This document shows positions 24,558-36,796 of a stretch of 64,000 nt of DNA, in pieces. Source of the stretch: Vitrella brassicaformis CCMP3155 (lineage: Eukaryota > Protista > Chromerida); NCBI GenBank assembly GCA_001179505.1, contig CDMY01000472.1:1-64000 (forward strand), written 5' to 3'. A program made the position numbers and the translations under genes. Under the pieces are notes generated by a model. That model worked only from the letters and a program-made list of their open reading frames with translations, searched no databases and was not told the origin of the DNA. How positions within the stretch are numbered: the first letter of the stretch is position 1; every line of letters begins with the position of its first letter.

Positions 24558-26237
24558 TCAGGACTCGCCGCCCTTGCTGTCGTAGAGACGGCATATCCTA
24601 CACACACACACACACACACACGAAGATAGAGAGAGAGAGAGAGCCCTCGTGTCGTGAAGCGTCGTGTGTGCACTGCAGTGTCGTTGGGTGTGTGTTACCT
24701 ACCTGCCGAGTCCCTTGGTGCGCCCCTCGCGGAACAACAGGGGCAGGTCTAGCGCCAGGTACTCGGCGTGATACATGAACCTACACACACACACACACAC
24801 ACAACCACACAATCATACACACACATGGTGGCAGGTGTGTGTCAGATGGTGGATGGATGGATGGATGGGCGCACCTGAAGCGGATGGACCCCCTGTCGCC
24901 TGTCCGCAGGAGGTCCCCTGTGAGCGAGATGACCTGGGCGGACTGGCGGATCACGCCGCAGTGAATCACCGCCTGGTACCTGCACACAATCCACACACAC
25001 ATCCACACACAACCATCCCCCCCGGTGCATCTGTGTGTGTGTGAGTGTGCGCACCGTTCCTTGATGGTGGTCGCATGGTGGAGTATGACCACCTCGGCCT
25101 CGAACTCCCACGTGGCCTTGGGCACCGTAGAGCGATCCAACAACACCATACCCTGCACACACAACATTCAACGCTGTGGGCGTCACGTCAAAGGCCCTCT
25201 GGTCCTGTGGCAATGACATGACGGACCTTCCTGAAGTGGTTTCTCTTGAGCTGCTCCTTCTTGACCAGAGAGCGCAGGGCAAACGAGGCCGCCTGGCCTG
25301 AGACCACCTGCAGAGATGACAGACAACGACATCCAATGTGTGTGGGTGTGGGTGTGTGTGTGTGTGTGGGTGTGTGTGTGGCGGACTGCTCGCCTTGCTG
25401 ACGGGGATGCGCTTGGAGTGAATCGACCGCACCAGCACCGGCCTGAAGTTGCCCGTCTTGTCGGGGCCCAACAGCACCTAAACACCACACACCACACAGA
25501 CATCCAGTGGCCTCTCTCCCTCACTCCCTCTCTGTGCACCTGGCTGTTCTGCATGATCGTCCCGCTCTTCATGGTGCCCGCCACAACGATGCCCACTCCC
25601 GTCACCTACACACACACACACACACACACACACATCCATCCATCCATCCACTGCGACCACCCACACCCACACGCACACGCACACACACACCTGGTAGACG
25701 CCGTCGATGTGGAACTCAGCGGGGTCAGAGGGCGGCCTGTACAGCCCGCAGTCCTCCACTCGGTTGACGATGCGCACCATGAAGTCGCGCAGGAACTCCA
25801 GGCCCTCCCCGGTCACGTTGGACACGGTGAAGATCGGGCACACCTTCACTCACACGCACACACACACAGACACAGACAGAGACAGAGACAGAGGGATGCT
25901 TCTGTGTGATGACTGCGACGGGGGGCAGGAGAGGGTTGGGGTATACCCTGTCGGACGCAATGCTCGATGCCGCAGCTACGATATCGTCGGCCTCACGGAT
26001 CACTGACACACACACACACAGAGATATCAACACACACACACTTTTGCCAACAAGAAGCACCGCTGTGGCGCCTCCCTCTCTGTTGTCTATCAGACGCACC
26101 CAGGGGGAGCTTCTTGGCGGCGCTCGATTTGAGGAGTTTGCAGAGCTGCTGCATCGACTCCTTGTACTTGTTCTCCGGGGCTATGTCGATCTTCGTGATG
26201 ACGATAAACACCGGCACGCGCAATGCCAACGCTATAC

Positions 26238-26269
<32 letters not shown>

Positions 26270-27711
26270 CCATCCATCCACCACCACATGATGGGGCGTA
26301 CCAAGGTGTTCCCTCGTCATCCTCTGGATCCCCATGTTGGCTCCGATGACTATCATGGCGTAGTCGGGGCAGCACCCCACCAGGCCGAAGATGGTCGTCT
26401 TGAGGTACTTCTCGTGGCCACAGAGGTCCAGGAAGGTCACGATCTTGCTGCTGTTGTTGACGATGTGCGACCAGGTGGCGTTGCGCGACTGGGCGGAGTT
26501 CTGGCGGGCCTGCTCGGGGACCACCTGCTTGCCGTCGGTGGTGAAGCCCATGATCTCCTGAGCGATGCTGCTCGTCCGGCCGTTTTGCAACTCGTGGGCG
26601 TAGTTGAACACTCGAGAACGGGCCGCACCACGGCCATCTGCACCAGACACACACAGAGATAGAGAGAGAGGGAGAGAGAGGAATGAGCCCTTGTGTGTGT
26701 GTGCGCGTACCGTCGAGCACTCGCTTGGTGAGGACACCAACCAAAGTGGACTTGCCTGACAGACGGACAGCACACAAGGGGAGAGGGGACAGTGTGCCTG
26801 TGGATGAATGGATGGATGGATGGATGGATGGATGTATGTGTTGTGTTGTGTACCCACCCGAGTCGACGTTGCCGATCATGGCTATCTTGACATCCTCCGA
26901 ATCGACGTGCTCCACATGGACCTGACAACACACACCCCACACACGCCCATTTGAGTGTCGTTCTGTCGTCCCCACACCCACACCCACACACACACACACT
27001 GACCTCATCCAGAGGGTCCGCCATGTGGGCGGCGTCGTGAGGGATGCCCGCTAGTGCCGTGTTGAGCTCGTCGCTGTGCTGCTTGCCCAGCAACGCCTCG
27101 CTGACAGCTCCTAACCCCTCCCTGTCCTCCCCCTCCCCATCGCCCTCGAGCAATCCCTCCTCCTCGCCGTCATTGTCACCACTGTCAACACTGTCGAACG
27201 AGTCCGGCTCCACCACACCGCCGTCGTGGACAATGTCCGCCTCAATCACCTCATTGTTGCCGTGCTCGTCCGGCACCACATCCGTGTCGATGTGGTGCGG
27301 CGGCTCCGATGCCTTAGAACCCTCCAGTAACGCACCCGAACCTCCAAGCATCACACTAGTGCTACTGACTGTGGACGTGTCACATTCGCATTCGCGTTCT
27401 TGCTGACGACAGAACGAAGATCGCCGAATGAGCTCGCCCATTGGGAGCTCGCGGCAGGAAGACCTCTCAGCAGTTGCTCTCGAGGGGAAGGAAGACAGTG
27501 GCGACGAGGCAGAGCTGCTTTGACGAGCAGAAAGAGAATTCGCTGCCTCTTTTCTTCTGTCTGCTCCATCATCGCTCTGAGGGACAATGGCGGCTGCGGC
27601 TGGTGCAGGTGCAAGAGACCATGAGCAGGGCCATGAGACGGACTCGTCTCCGTCAAGGTCTCCGTTCGGCAGACCGACGCCGCTCCTCGACGAACAACTT
27701 CTGGTCAGCAT
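24558..27711 (-). CDS. GTPBP1: GTPBP1/GTPBP2-family translational GTPase, multi-exon, start uncertain (27711, 27441 or 27351)
   Basis: IAMIGNVDSG|KSTLVGVL (G1), HELQNGRTSSI, FLDLCGHEKYLKTT (G3), VITKID (G4), IFTVSNVTGEG, GQAASFAL, FEAEVVILHHATTI, LRTGDRG, FREGRTKGLG. I cannot distinguish GTPBP1 from GTPBP2. Confidence 0.93.
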
Positions 27712-27721
27712 GGCTTGACAA

Positions 27722-30080
27722 TGAATGCACACCTCATTGGATTTCGTCCCATGCATGGGTCGGCTTCATGTGTGTGTGTCGGTGCGGTGTGTCAGGTCAA
27801 CAAGTTCGGTTCGCTGGCAGGGAACATCCGCGACGCGGCGCAGAAGTTGGCTTCGATGAGTGGCAGTGGGCATGCCGTGAGTGATGTCGAGAGCCTCAGC
27901 AAAGAAATTGAGGCGATGGTGGAGGGCAACGGGGGCAAGATGGGGGAGACCCGGCACAGGGGCGTGCAGCTCAACTGTGGTGCGACACACATGGATGGAT
28001 GGATGGATGGTCATTGGCTCGGCCCCGTGTGTGTGTGTGTGTGTGTCAGGCGGCCAGGTGATCCACCTCAACACCCGCACCCTGCGCCACCCATCCCTCA
28101 AGAATACCTTCCTCTCAACACTGCTCCTCAAGTTCATCGACATGCTGCCCAAAGACGAGAGCAAGATCGCATACCTCGAGGTCGCACCGGCCTATTTCTC
28201 GTGGCTGGCGGCCGAGATGCTGCTCATCGAGAGCGGACACCAGCACACCATCACCCTCGACGCCCCTGAGGCTGACGACCCTTCTGTGTCTGAGTACCAC
28301 ACCCTCTCTCTTCACCCAGAAAGTCGGCTCATCGGACGTCTCGCAGCTCGTCGGCGAGTCCACACCACCAGCAGCCGCGGGAGCAGCGGGAGCCTCCTCC
28401 AAGAAGCGCAAGCGTGAGGGAGAGGGAGAGGGAGAGGGCGGTCTAGAGGGAGGGGCGGAGGACAATATCGGTCACGAGCTGTCCTTCAAAGCCATGGAAA
28501 GGACCGCGACACAGATGGCGGCGTGGCTGGCGCAGTGTCGGAAGATCATCGACGAGCTGGAGAGGCGCCAGAAGGCGATGCAGCCGTTCCTCCACGCGAT
28601 CCACCCGTTTCTGCGGCACAAGGAGGACAAGGACGACGACACGAAGCTGCTGACGGTGCACATCGCCGGCAGACGAGTGTCCGTCCTGCCCCGCACGCTC
28701 AAGTGCTGTCCTAGCGGCCATCCCCTTCTGGAACTCTTCGCCACGTGAGCCCATGCAATGACGAGGGAAATGGAAGCCGCTTAGCTGATGGGTGTGTGTG
28801 TGTGTGTGTGTTTGTGGTGTTGTGTGTGTGCAGTGAGCCGCCTGCCCGCCATTTGCCGTTCAAGTACATCCAAAAGATCGTCGACTTCGCCAGACGGAAG
28901 GCCGTCATGGGCGCAAATGTGTTGGTGATGCCACCCACAGTAAAACCCCGAGAGGTGACCGTCTTCCAGGGCGAGATGGAGAAGTACGGCTCCAAGCCGA
29001 GTGAGGTCTACTGCAATGATGGCGGCGGTGAGATGGGCTTCGACGGGCTGGATCTGGTCATCAAGCTCGAGACGGAGTGGACACGGGTGCTCGAGATGAT
29101 CAAGGAGGAGATCCGGGAAGAGCTGAAGGCCAACCAGGTAAAGTGAAATGGATGGATGGATCGATTGGGCACTCTTGCTGTCTCTCTCTCTCTGTCTCTC
29201 TGTGTGTGTCTGTGTGTGGGGGTGCAGGAAGACCTGTCATCCTTGCCCCCGATGCTATTTCGGTCAACACTTCTCTACAAGTACGCCACACAGACAGACA
29301 GACTGACAGACAGACACCCACGGTAGAAGGAACCCCCCTTCTCTCTTGTCTCCTGCTGCCAGGTCTTCTTGCGATGGCACGGCTTACACCACCCTGCTCG
29401 ACAGCACCAAGGGCAAGGAAGGCCTGCTCTTCCTCTTTCGACATGGCGACACCCACCGATTCGGCGCCTTCGTCATGGGCGGCCTGCAGGAGCCGGAAGA
29501 CCCCACCAAGGAGAACTACTACGACACAGGCATCTTCTTCTTGTCGCTCAAGGGCGCCTACGCCCGGCCAACGAAGATCCCCCTCGACGACCCGGCGCAG
29601 TGCGTCTGCATGGGCGGCCGACAGGGCGCCGCGAACAATGCCGACGATGAGCCTGCGGCGAAGATGTTCCTGGGCGACGGCCGCCTGTGGCTCGGGTGGG
29701 GCATTGGCGACCCTCAGGGGCCGTCAAAGGACATCACCCAGTGCCACACGTGGTGAGTGGGCACACGTACACCACACCCAGTGCAAAGACGAGACGACCG
29801 GTTGGTTATTGTGTGATTGCATGCCATATATATCTAGGCTGGATCGGGACGACCTGCCGCAGGGCTACCAGGGGATATGGAAGGACGGCGTCGGCTCACT
29901 GGCCGCCAGCGACTTCTTCGCTGCCGATGACATCGAGATATGGAACATCTGTAAGTCAGCTAGCTCCACGTGGGATGGGTGGCTCGGGTGTGTGCTCCCT
30001 CTCTCTCTCTGTGTATGTGCATGCGTGTGTGTGCGTGTGTGTGTGCAGGCCACAATTGGCCCAGGAGGACCAGTACTTGA
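27722..30080 (+). CDS. TLDc-domain protein with N-terminal degenerate BTB-like and coiled-coil segments, multi-exon
   Basis: C-terminal exons DGTAYTTLLDSTKGKEGLLFLFRHGDTHRFGAFV..FFLSL..LWLG..FFAADDIEIW fit a TLDc pattern. The BTB-like call for LEVAPAYFSWL is inference. Confidence 0.7.
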
Positions 30081-30309
30081 CTGACACGATGATTGAGTGC
30101 CGCGCTGCATTTGGTGTGCATTTGTCTGTTTGCTGCACTCGGCATGGCCTGACTGTGACCTTCCCGAGGGCAGTTTGCAGGAGACTCACTAATCTCTGTG
30201 CCGTCGTGAACATTTGATTTCAATCGTCCGATCGGTGGGAATCCTTCCAGTCCATCCATCCATCCGTCCATCGTTGATGCAGCGCAACACCCACCCACCC
30301 CTCCCGCAT

Positions 30310-31230
30310 TCACTCGAGCCCACAGAGGTTCAGGTCAATGTCGGCCATCTTTGAGTCGATCTTCTTGTCGATTCGTCTCTTCCGCCTCTCCAGGAAGGCA
30401 TCGATGCCCTCCGTCTCCTTGAGCGACACCCTGTCCAGCGCCTTGGCGTTCCCCTGCAGCCACAGCTCGTTCAGCCGGCTGTCCCGCAGCACCTCGGGCG
30501 GCACACTCGCGATCTTGTTGTGGCTGACATCCAACTTGACCAGCCGGGCCATCTCGCTGAAGGCCACAGGCAGCCTCCTGAGAGCATTGTGCGAGAGATT
30601 CAGCCGCATCAGAGCGGGCATAGAGAAGAAAGAGGGGTAGGGGAGAGCGTCCTCGGTCAGCCGATTGTGCGATAGATCCAGGTCCTCCAGGGCAGCGAGT
30701 GCGTCGATCCCACTCGGGAGGGAGTCTATAAGGTTGTGTGACGCGTTGAGGTCTCTCAGCTTCGTCAGGGCGCATATCGACTCGGGCAAAGCTGTGAGCC
30801 GGTTGCTGCTGATGTTGAGGTGCAAGAGGCTCGGCAATAGCATAGAGGCCGACGGCAGCTCGTGCAGGCTGTTCCGGTGCAGATTGAGCTTCTGCAGCTT
30901 CCCCATGTGTGTGAAGAGCCAGGCTGGCACCGACGTGAGCCGGTTGGACGAGAGGTCGGCGTGCCGCAAACCCGTCAGCTGCTCAACTGCTATGGGCACG
31001 GCCGTCAATGACATATCCTGCAGCAACCAGAGAGAAACGCATCCACTCATAGCAGAGAACTGAGAGCCCCGCTCTCTCACCATGAGTGCGAGCACTCCGG
31101 ATGCCTCTGCCCTCTTGATCACGGCCGATGCCGTCCGCCCCTTTCTGGCCCTCACTGGCGGTGCGCCTCTCTCACCGGCAGCATCGGCAGCGACAAGGGC
31201 ACTGTCGTCGGTGGAGCAGCTGCAACCCAT
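30310..31230 (-). CDS. Leucine-rich-repeat protein (LRRC57-like) with a probable N-acylation signal
   Basis: About 7 LxxLxLxxNxL repeats (LRHADLSSNRL, LQKLNLHRNSL, LLHLNISSNRL, LRDLNASHNLI, LEDLDLSHNRL..). Start MGCSCS. Probable 63-nt in-frame intron at 31018-31080. Confidence 0.9.
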   Translation of the reverse strand: MGCSCSTDDSALVAADAAGERGAPPVRARKGRTASAVIKRAEASGVLALMVRERGSQFSAMSGCVSLWLLQDMSLTAVPIAVEQLTGLRHADLSSNRLTSVPAWLFTHMGKLQKLNLHRNSLHELPSASMLLPSLLHLNISSNRLTALPESICALTKLRDLNASHNLIDSLPSGIDALAALEDLDLSHNRLTEDALPYPSFFSMPALMRLNLSHNALRRLPVAFSEMARLVKLDVSHNKIASVPPEVLRDSRLNELWLQGNAKALDRVSLKETEGIDAFLERRKRRIDKKIDSKMADIDLNLCGLE

Positions 31231-31341
31231 TGGTGCCGCTCGATGAAAGGACAGCTGGATCTCTCTGACCAAGCTGAGATCTCCAACGGCCTCTGCTCAG
31301 TCTCCGACTGCTTCTGCCTCCGGAATGGGGAAAAACAGTCA

Positions 31342-31352
31342 AGCTCGCAATT
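31342..31352 (-). promoter_or_regulatory. AATTGCGAGCT candidate upstream motif
   Basis: Exact 11-mer on the minus strand about 112 bp upstream of the LRR gene ATG (31230). Confidence 0.4.
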
Positions 31353-31458
31353 GAACATCAGTCAAGCTTGCAGGAGATGATGATGAAGCGGGAAAAGCGG
31401 TAGATGACCGCATCGAGGACGGTGCTAGCTGCATCTGACGATAGTTGTGCCGTTAAAG

Positions 31459-34400
31459 ATGCTGCTGCGGTCGCTGACGGCGCTCATTGCATTGGGAGGG
31501 GTAGTGGCAGCGGCGGCGGGTGATGATGTGATCAACGTGACGTCGCTGCTGCATGGCGCATCGCAGTCGCTGCAAGTGGCCGTTCACGCCGGGCAGACCA
31601 GGTGCGGGCGGGACACAGACTCAACCACCCACCCGACACATGGATCCCTCCCTCGGTGATCTGATCTGGTCATTGACGGCGTGTGTTGGTTTTGATGTGT
31701 GTGGTGTGGCTGCAGCTACATCCGGTTGGAAGGCATCGAGGAGAAGAACCATGACGACCACGGTGAGATAGAGAATCGTTCGTTGGCAGCATGGCCTTCC
31801 TTCTCAGTGGAATACATGGAGTCTTGTGTATCGATCGTATGTATGGTTATGATGCGCTGCAGGTACTGTGCGTGTGGTGCTTTCGGGCGGCATGCCATTC
31901 GTGTCGGTGCTGGGCGTCGGGTACACACCTAACATGTCGACATACGGTAGGAACACGGACAGCACACAAGACACCACGCACCCATACCATAGACAGACAC
32001 CACAAAGAGTCAGTCAACGTTAAGCGTTCGTTGTGTCCGCTCCGTTCTGGCGCACCGCCCAGATCGGTCCAACTACTGCGACTGGGTCCAGCGGCAGCAC
32101 CAGACCACCATCGACGTCTCCATGCCCATAAAGCCGCTCTCGCCCCCGCCCTTCGTGCCCTTCCCCTTCACCGATCCCTGCGGTGTCTTCGCCTTTCGCC
32201 AGTGCATCGTGTCAGAGCCGCAGCTGGGCGACTGTGTGGCGGCATCCCTCAAGGGCACACTGCATGCCGGTTTCAAGCCGCCACCCGATTTGCACCAACA
32301 GCAGCAGCAGCAGCAGCAGCATGGCAATAAGTCCCACCACCGCGGTGATGACAAGAAAGGCCGTCTGCAGGGGTCTAGCGGAGGTGGGTGAGAGTGGCCG
32401 GGAAAGGTCGGTCGGTCATGCCGTCATCGCGATCCATCATCGACTGTCTGTCTGTCTGTCTGTCTGTGATCAGTTGGCAAAGCGGTCGAGCGTTGCGTGC
32501 AGCAGCATGCGACTGCCTGCATCGACCGAGCAGAGGGGCGCCGTTTCCAGCTCAGGTCCAGCAGCCCCGAGTGTGTCAAGCAGTTCGTGCTAACTTTGAC
32601 GCCGACAGTGCCCATCAAGCCGCACACTACCGACCAAGAGCAGCAGCAGCAGCCCGCCAATGACACCAAGAGGGCCGCATGCGCCGCATTTGGTAGGGTA
32701 TGGTGGCCAGTCAGAGAGAGAGGGGGAGAGAGGGAGAGAGCGGCCGTGTGTTTGTGTGATTGTGCCTACGTGTGTGTGTTTCTCTCGGTTATCTAGAGTC
32801 GGACTATGCCATGTGTCTGGTGCGGGGTCACTTTGCGACGGAGTACGCGAGCGACTTTCTCGACACAGACGACGTTGCCGAGACCTACATGGACTGCACC
32901 ACACGCATGATCGACCAACACAAACAGGTGACTGACAGTGAGGCAACCAACCCAACACAAAACACGAGGCACCACACACACCACACACCCAAGCGTCGGT
33001 CGCATCATGGCCATGTGGGTGTGGGTGTGTGTGGTGGTGTGCAGGCCCTTCGCAATGCGACAGCCGGCAACAATCGCACCATCGAGGAGGCCGCTAGGGG
33101 CCTCACTGCCTCCGTGCTGAGTCGCATCGCGTCCGTGTGTGCCGGCCAGCGCGCATCCGACTGCCTCAAGCACCCACACACGCCAACACATGACGACCAG
33201 GAGGAGGGCACTGCGACTCCACCCCCTCTCCCATCTCACAACCAGACCGCCCCCCCGGCCCCCTCAGCGTCGTGTCTGATGCACACCTTCAGGAACATGC
33301 GATTCAGGCCACCCCTGCTCGACGAGCACCCAACTGTCGAGACCACCAGCGGCAGCAGCAGCAGCAGCAGCAGCGCAACTATTGGCCTTCTTCTTAAGCA
33401 TGGGGACCTGCAGAGCGGATCGGTGTTCGTGTCATGTGTCGCCACCTGGCTCAACGGTCATCATGGAGGCGGGGGTGATGACATTGCCATTGACACTGAT
33501 GACATCGGTGCGTCTCGCGAGTCGGCATGCCACACGCTGGACGGCTTCATCCCTCTGGGCGCCTTGGCGGCGTCCGAGCCCTCCGCCCCCTCTGCGCAGG
33601 CCGTCTCCGACCTGGAGGTCTACCCCTGGTCGGTGGACTCTGACGACATCGGCAATGCCAGGATGCTCATACGGCTTCGCCAGTCGCTGCCGACGCTGCT
33701 GCATCTCTACGCGGCAGACACTGAAACCGATGAGGACTATGAGAGCCGGGGAGAAGACGACACGACACGGCCTCTCATATCGACGGACCATCGGCAGCTG
33801 GCCATGAGATCCACCAACAGCCACCAACCTCCTCGACTAAGGGCGCCCCTTCTCGCGTTGACGAAGCTGCCCCCGGGCACCGTGGTTCTCACGTGCCGTG
33901 GCAGCGAGGCCACCACCCTGCTGGCCTTCGACCAGACGCCCCTGGAGCGCTATCAAAGGGCCGGAGAAGAGGAAGACTCAATCTTTTTGGTGGCCCCGCC
34001 CCTGGCCGATCTGGCGGGCGACAGTGTGTGGTATGCCATTGTGGCGCCTGAGGACACGGAGGGCGTGACGGTGACACTCATGAAGGAGAGGCCGGCGCAT
34101 AGCGTCCCGGAGCCGCCACAGCCATATAATGGGCCGCCACAGCCAGCAGGGCCATCGCATACGAACGTGCCCCACGGGGCCCCTGTGCGCGAGCACCCGC
34201 CGTGGGAGACACAGGGGGTCAGCAAACAAACACACACTTCGACGATGAGTGACCACCACGATTCATCTTTCTGTGTGTGTGTGTGTGTGTGCTGGCAGGA
34301 GTCGATAGGGAGCACGATCCTGCACGTGTTTCGCGGCATCTTGGTGGCGGCAGGCATTCTACTGCTGGCGGCCTTTCTCGGCCTGGCCATCTTCGCCATA

Positions 34401-35209
34401 TGGACCAACTTCCAGGACACAAGTAACATCCATCACATACGGCAACGCAAGACACGACACGGGCACATTCCATGTGTGTGTGTCGTTTCTCTGATCCATT
34501 AAATATTCCCTCAGCACCACTAGATTACTACCACAGCGACCCGGAGGGCTTGGGCGCCAGCATGGACCACAACATGCACTCGTCGTCCCTCAACGGCACC
34601 CAATACACATCATCACACCCAACAGGGCCGGTAGTGCGGTGGCTGCGCAACCGACAAGACGACCTCCGCGACTTCTGCCAGGACCTGCCATCCCGGTCGT
34701 CGATCGCCATGCGGGCGCTCCGCGAGAGCGTCATCGAGCCGGAGGTGGCCGGCAGCGATGATGAGCGCACGCGGCTCAAGGGCGGCCTGGCCACGCGGAG
34801 GGCGGTGGGGTGGGACAGATACGCCTTCAAGAGCCACAGGTGCAACTGGGGAGACGATGAGGACATATGGCGGGTGGAGGAGGGAGGCATGGGCCAGCAT
34901 GACATGGATGCGGATGGTCATGGTGACGGCCATCATGACGACATTGACTACGACGACGACAGCCAGATCGAGATGACCACCGGCGGCAGGCGGCAGCAGA
35001 GGGACGCCTCCTATGCGCCCGTGTCCATGACGGACGAGGAGCCCAGTGGGGGGAGACAGGGGGCGTCGGACATTGGGGGTGAGGGGGGCAGGCGTAAGGG
35101 CAACAGCCGGCAGGTGCCAAACAGCAGCAATAGGAGTGCGTATGCGGTCGAGTACAACACATCGGCCGCCACGCGGACTCACACAAACACGTCGGACAAT
35201 GCGAATTAG
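31459..35209 (+). CDS. Large type I membrane protein (signal peptide, Cys-containing ectodomain, single TM, acidic tail), multi-exon
   Basis: MLLRSLTALIALGGVVAAAAG signal-like start. Long ORF 32760-34502. TM segment ILVAAGILLLAAFLGLAIFAIW. Terminal ORF ends at 35209. Confidence 0.7.
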
Positions 35210-35994
35210 CTCTCTGTATGGTATGGTCCACACGTCTATATGGCGGATGGCGTGGTGCATGTGGGTGTGGCGTGTGACTGCACGTTGCACGTTTCTTGCT
35301 TGCGTGTGGTGGGTGACTACCGGTAGATGTGCACTCGCTGCGTACCTTACCACCTTTTGTGATTGATGGGTTTGTCCACTTGTGTGACCGACACACACAG
35401 ATTCACTTTATGGATCGATCATCCAATGATCGAATGGATTCGAGACAAGTCACGCATCTGAGGGCTGGCCGTCTCCACCCTTACACACGGCCACACACCC
35501 GTAGCTACGTCGAAAGAGCCATCGAACCGCCCAGCCTCTGACCCCTCTCAAGCAAAGACGTCGATATGTACACAAAAACTCGCGGGTCATATGACATACT
35601 ACAAGAGCTCCTGAGGCAGCGAAGCTGCTTAGTTGATGTCTACGTCTCCATCAGTCGAAACAAACCTCCAATACAGACAGACAGCACACCCACTGCATCC
35701 ACCGCAACAATGGGCACCTGAATTCACACAAACACACAGACGGATGACCAGCCAGCCAGCCGTCCAGCCAGGGGCAGCCCAGTTCTGTCTTTGCGAGTGT
35801 GTCGGTCACCCATGGAAACTGCCATCTAGTAGTATACAGGCCCAAAGAGGGGGAGGCCGAGGAATCGGGGAGTCCGACGCCTGTTACCTAAAGGCGTGGC
35901 ACACACATCCATGCAGCCGTGGGCGGGTCAGCAAGCGATGCACTCCTCCCCCCCTCCCCGCTCTGGCTGCCTTGCTCCTCCATCGCTCACTCGT

Positions 35995-36597
35995 TCACTC
36001 ACTCGGCGGCCGTTGGACGATAAGGCGGATGGGCTCGAAGGAGCTGTCGCCCTTGCCGGCGAACGCCTCGCCCACGGGAAGGCCAAGGTCGACGGTGCGC
36101 TCCTCGAGACTGTAGGATGCATTGCCCATGTAGTTGACCGGGTAGAAGGGGTGCTTCTGGACCATATCCGTGGCGAAGATATAGCCGGGTGTCCCGGCTG
36201 TCACACAGATGGGAAATGGTCCTGCGATGATGCTGCCGCCCTCCACTAGCTCCACCCATTTCTCGATCACCTGTCGTGAGCTGCGAGGGCTGGCCGTCGG
36301 AGCCTTGGGGGAGGCACCGAGGGCCTTGTGAGTGGCAAAGGGGCGGCGGGCGAGAGTGGCGAGTGGGAGCGGCCGCGACGCAGTGAAGGGGGCGGGGCCG
36401 ATGAACAATGATGGATCACCAGACGGCTGCACACACACACACAGAGAGAGAGAGATTGATGTCGGTGTGTGTGCACTCTGCCTGTTTGTGTGCGGCCGGC
36501 GCTTCCGACAAACTGACCTGTGTGCTGGTTTGCAGGCATCCACACGTGAGCCAAACAGGAGGGCCAAGAAGCAGCAGCAGCTCAGCAGGGAACCCAT
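35995..36597 (-). CDS. Small hypothetical secreted protein, 2 exons
   Basis: MGSLLSCCCFLALLFGSRVDA signal-like start, one microsatellite intron, and a coding-like second exon (VIEKWVELVEGGSIIAGPFPICV..). Confidence 0.55.
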   Translation of the reverse strand: MGSLLSCCCFLALLFGSRVDACKPAHRSVCRKRRPHTNRQSAHTPTSISLSLCVCVQPSGDPSLFIGPAPFTASRPLPLATLARRPFATHKALGASPKAPTASPRSSRQVIEKWVELVEGGSIIAGPFPICVTAGTPGYIFATDMVQKHPFYPVNYMGNASYSLEERTVDLGLPVGEAFAGKGDSSFEPIRLIVQRPPSE

Positions 36598-36796
36598 CGA
36601 GAAAGATCTCAACGCGATTTCGCTGGCATCGCTGCCCTGCCCGTCGATGAACAGAATAAGCTCGTCGTAGATAGCAGATCTCAACCCCATACCGCTGACT
36701 CCCTTCACTGTCGCTGCGTGTACGGTATTGGGTTTTGTGGGTCTAGGGTTTCACTTTGGCGAGCTTGCAGAGATCTGACCCCTTCTGGCGTAGCTC

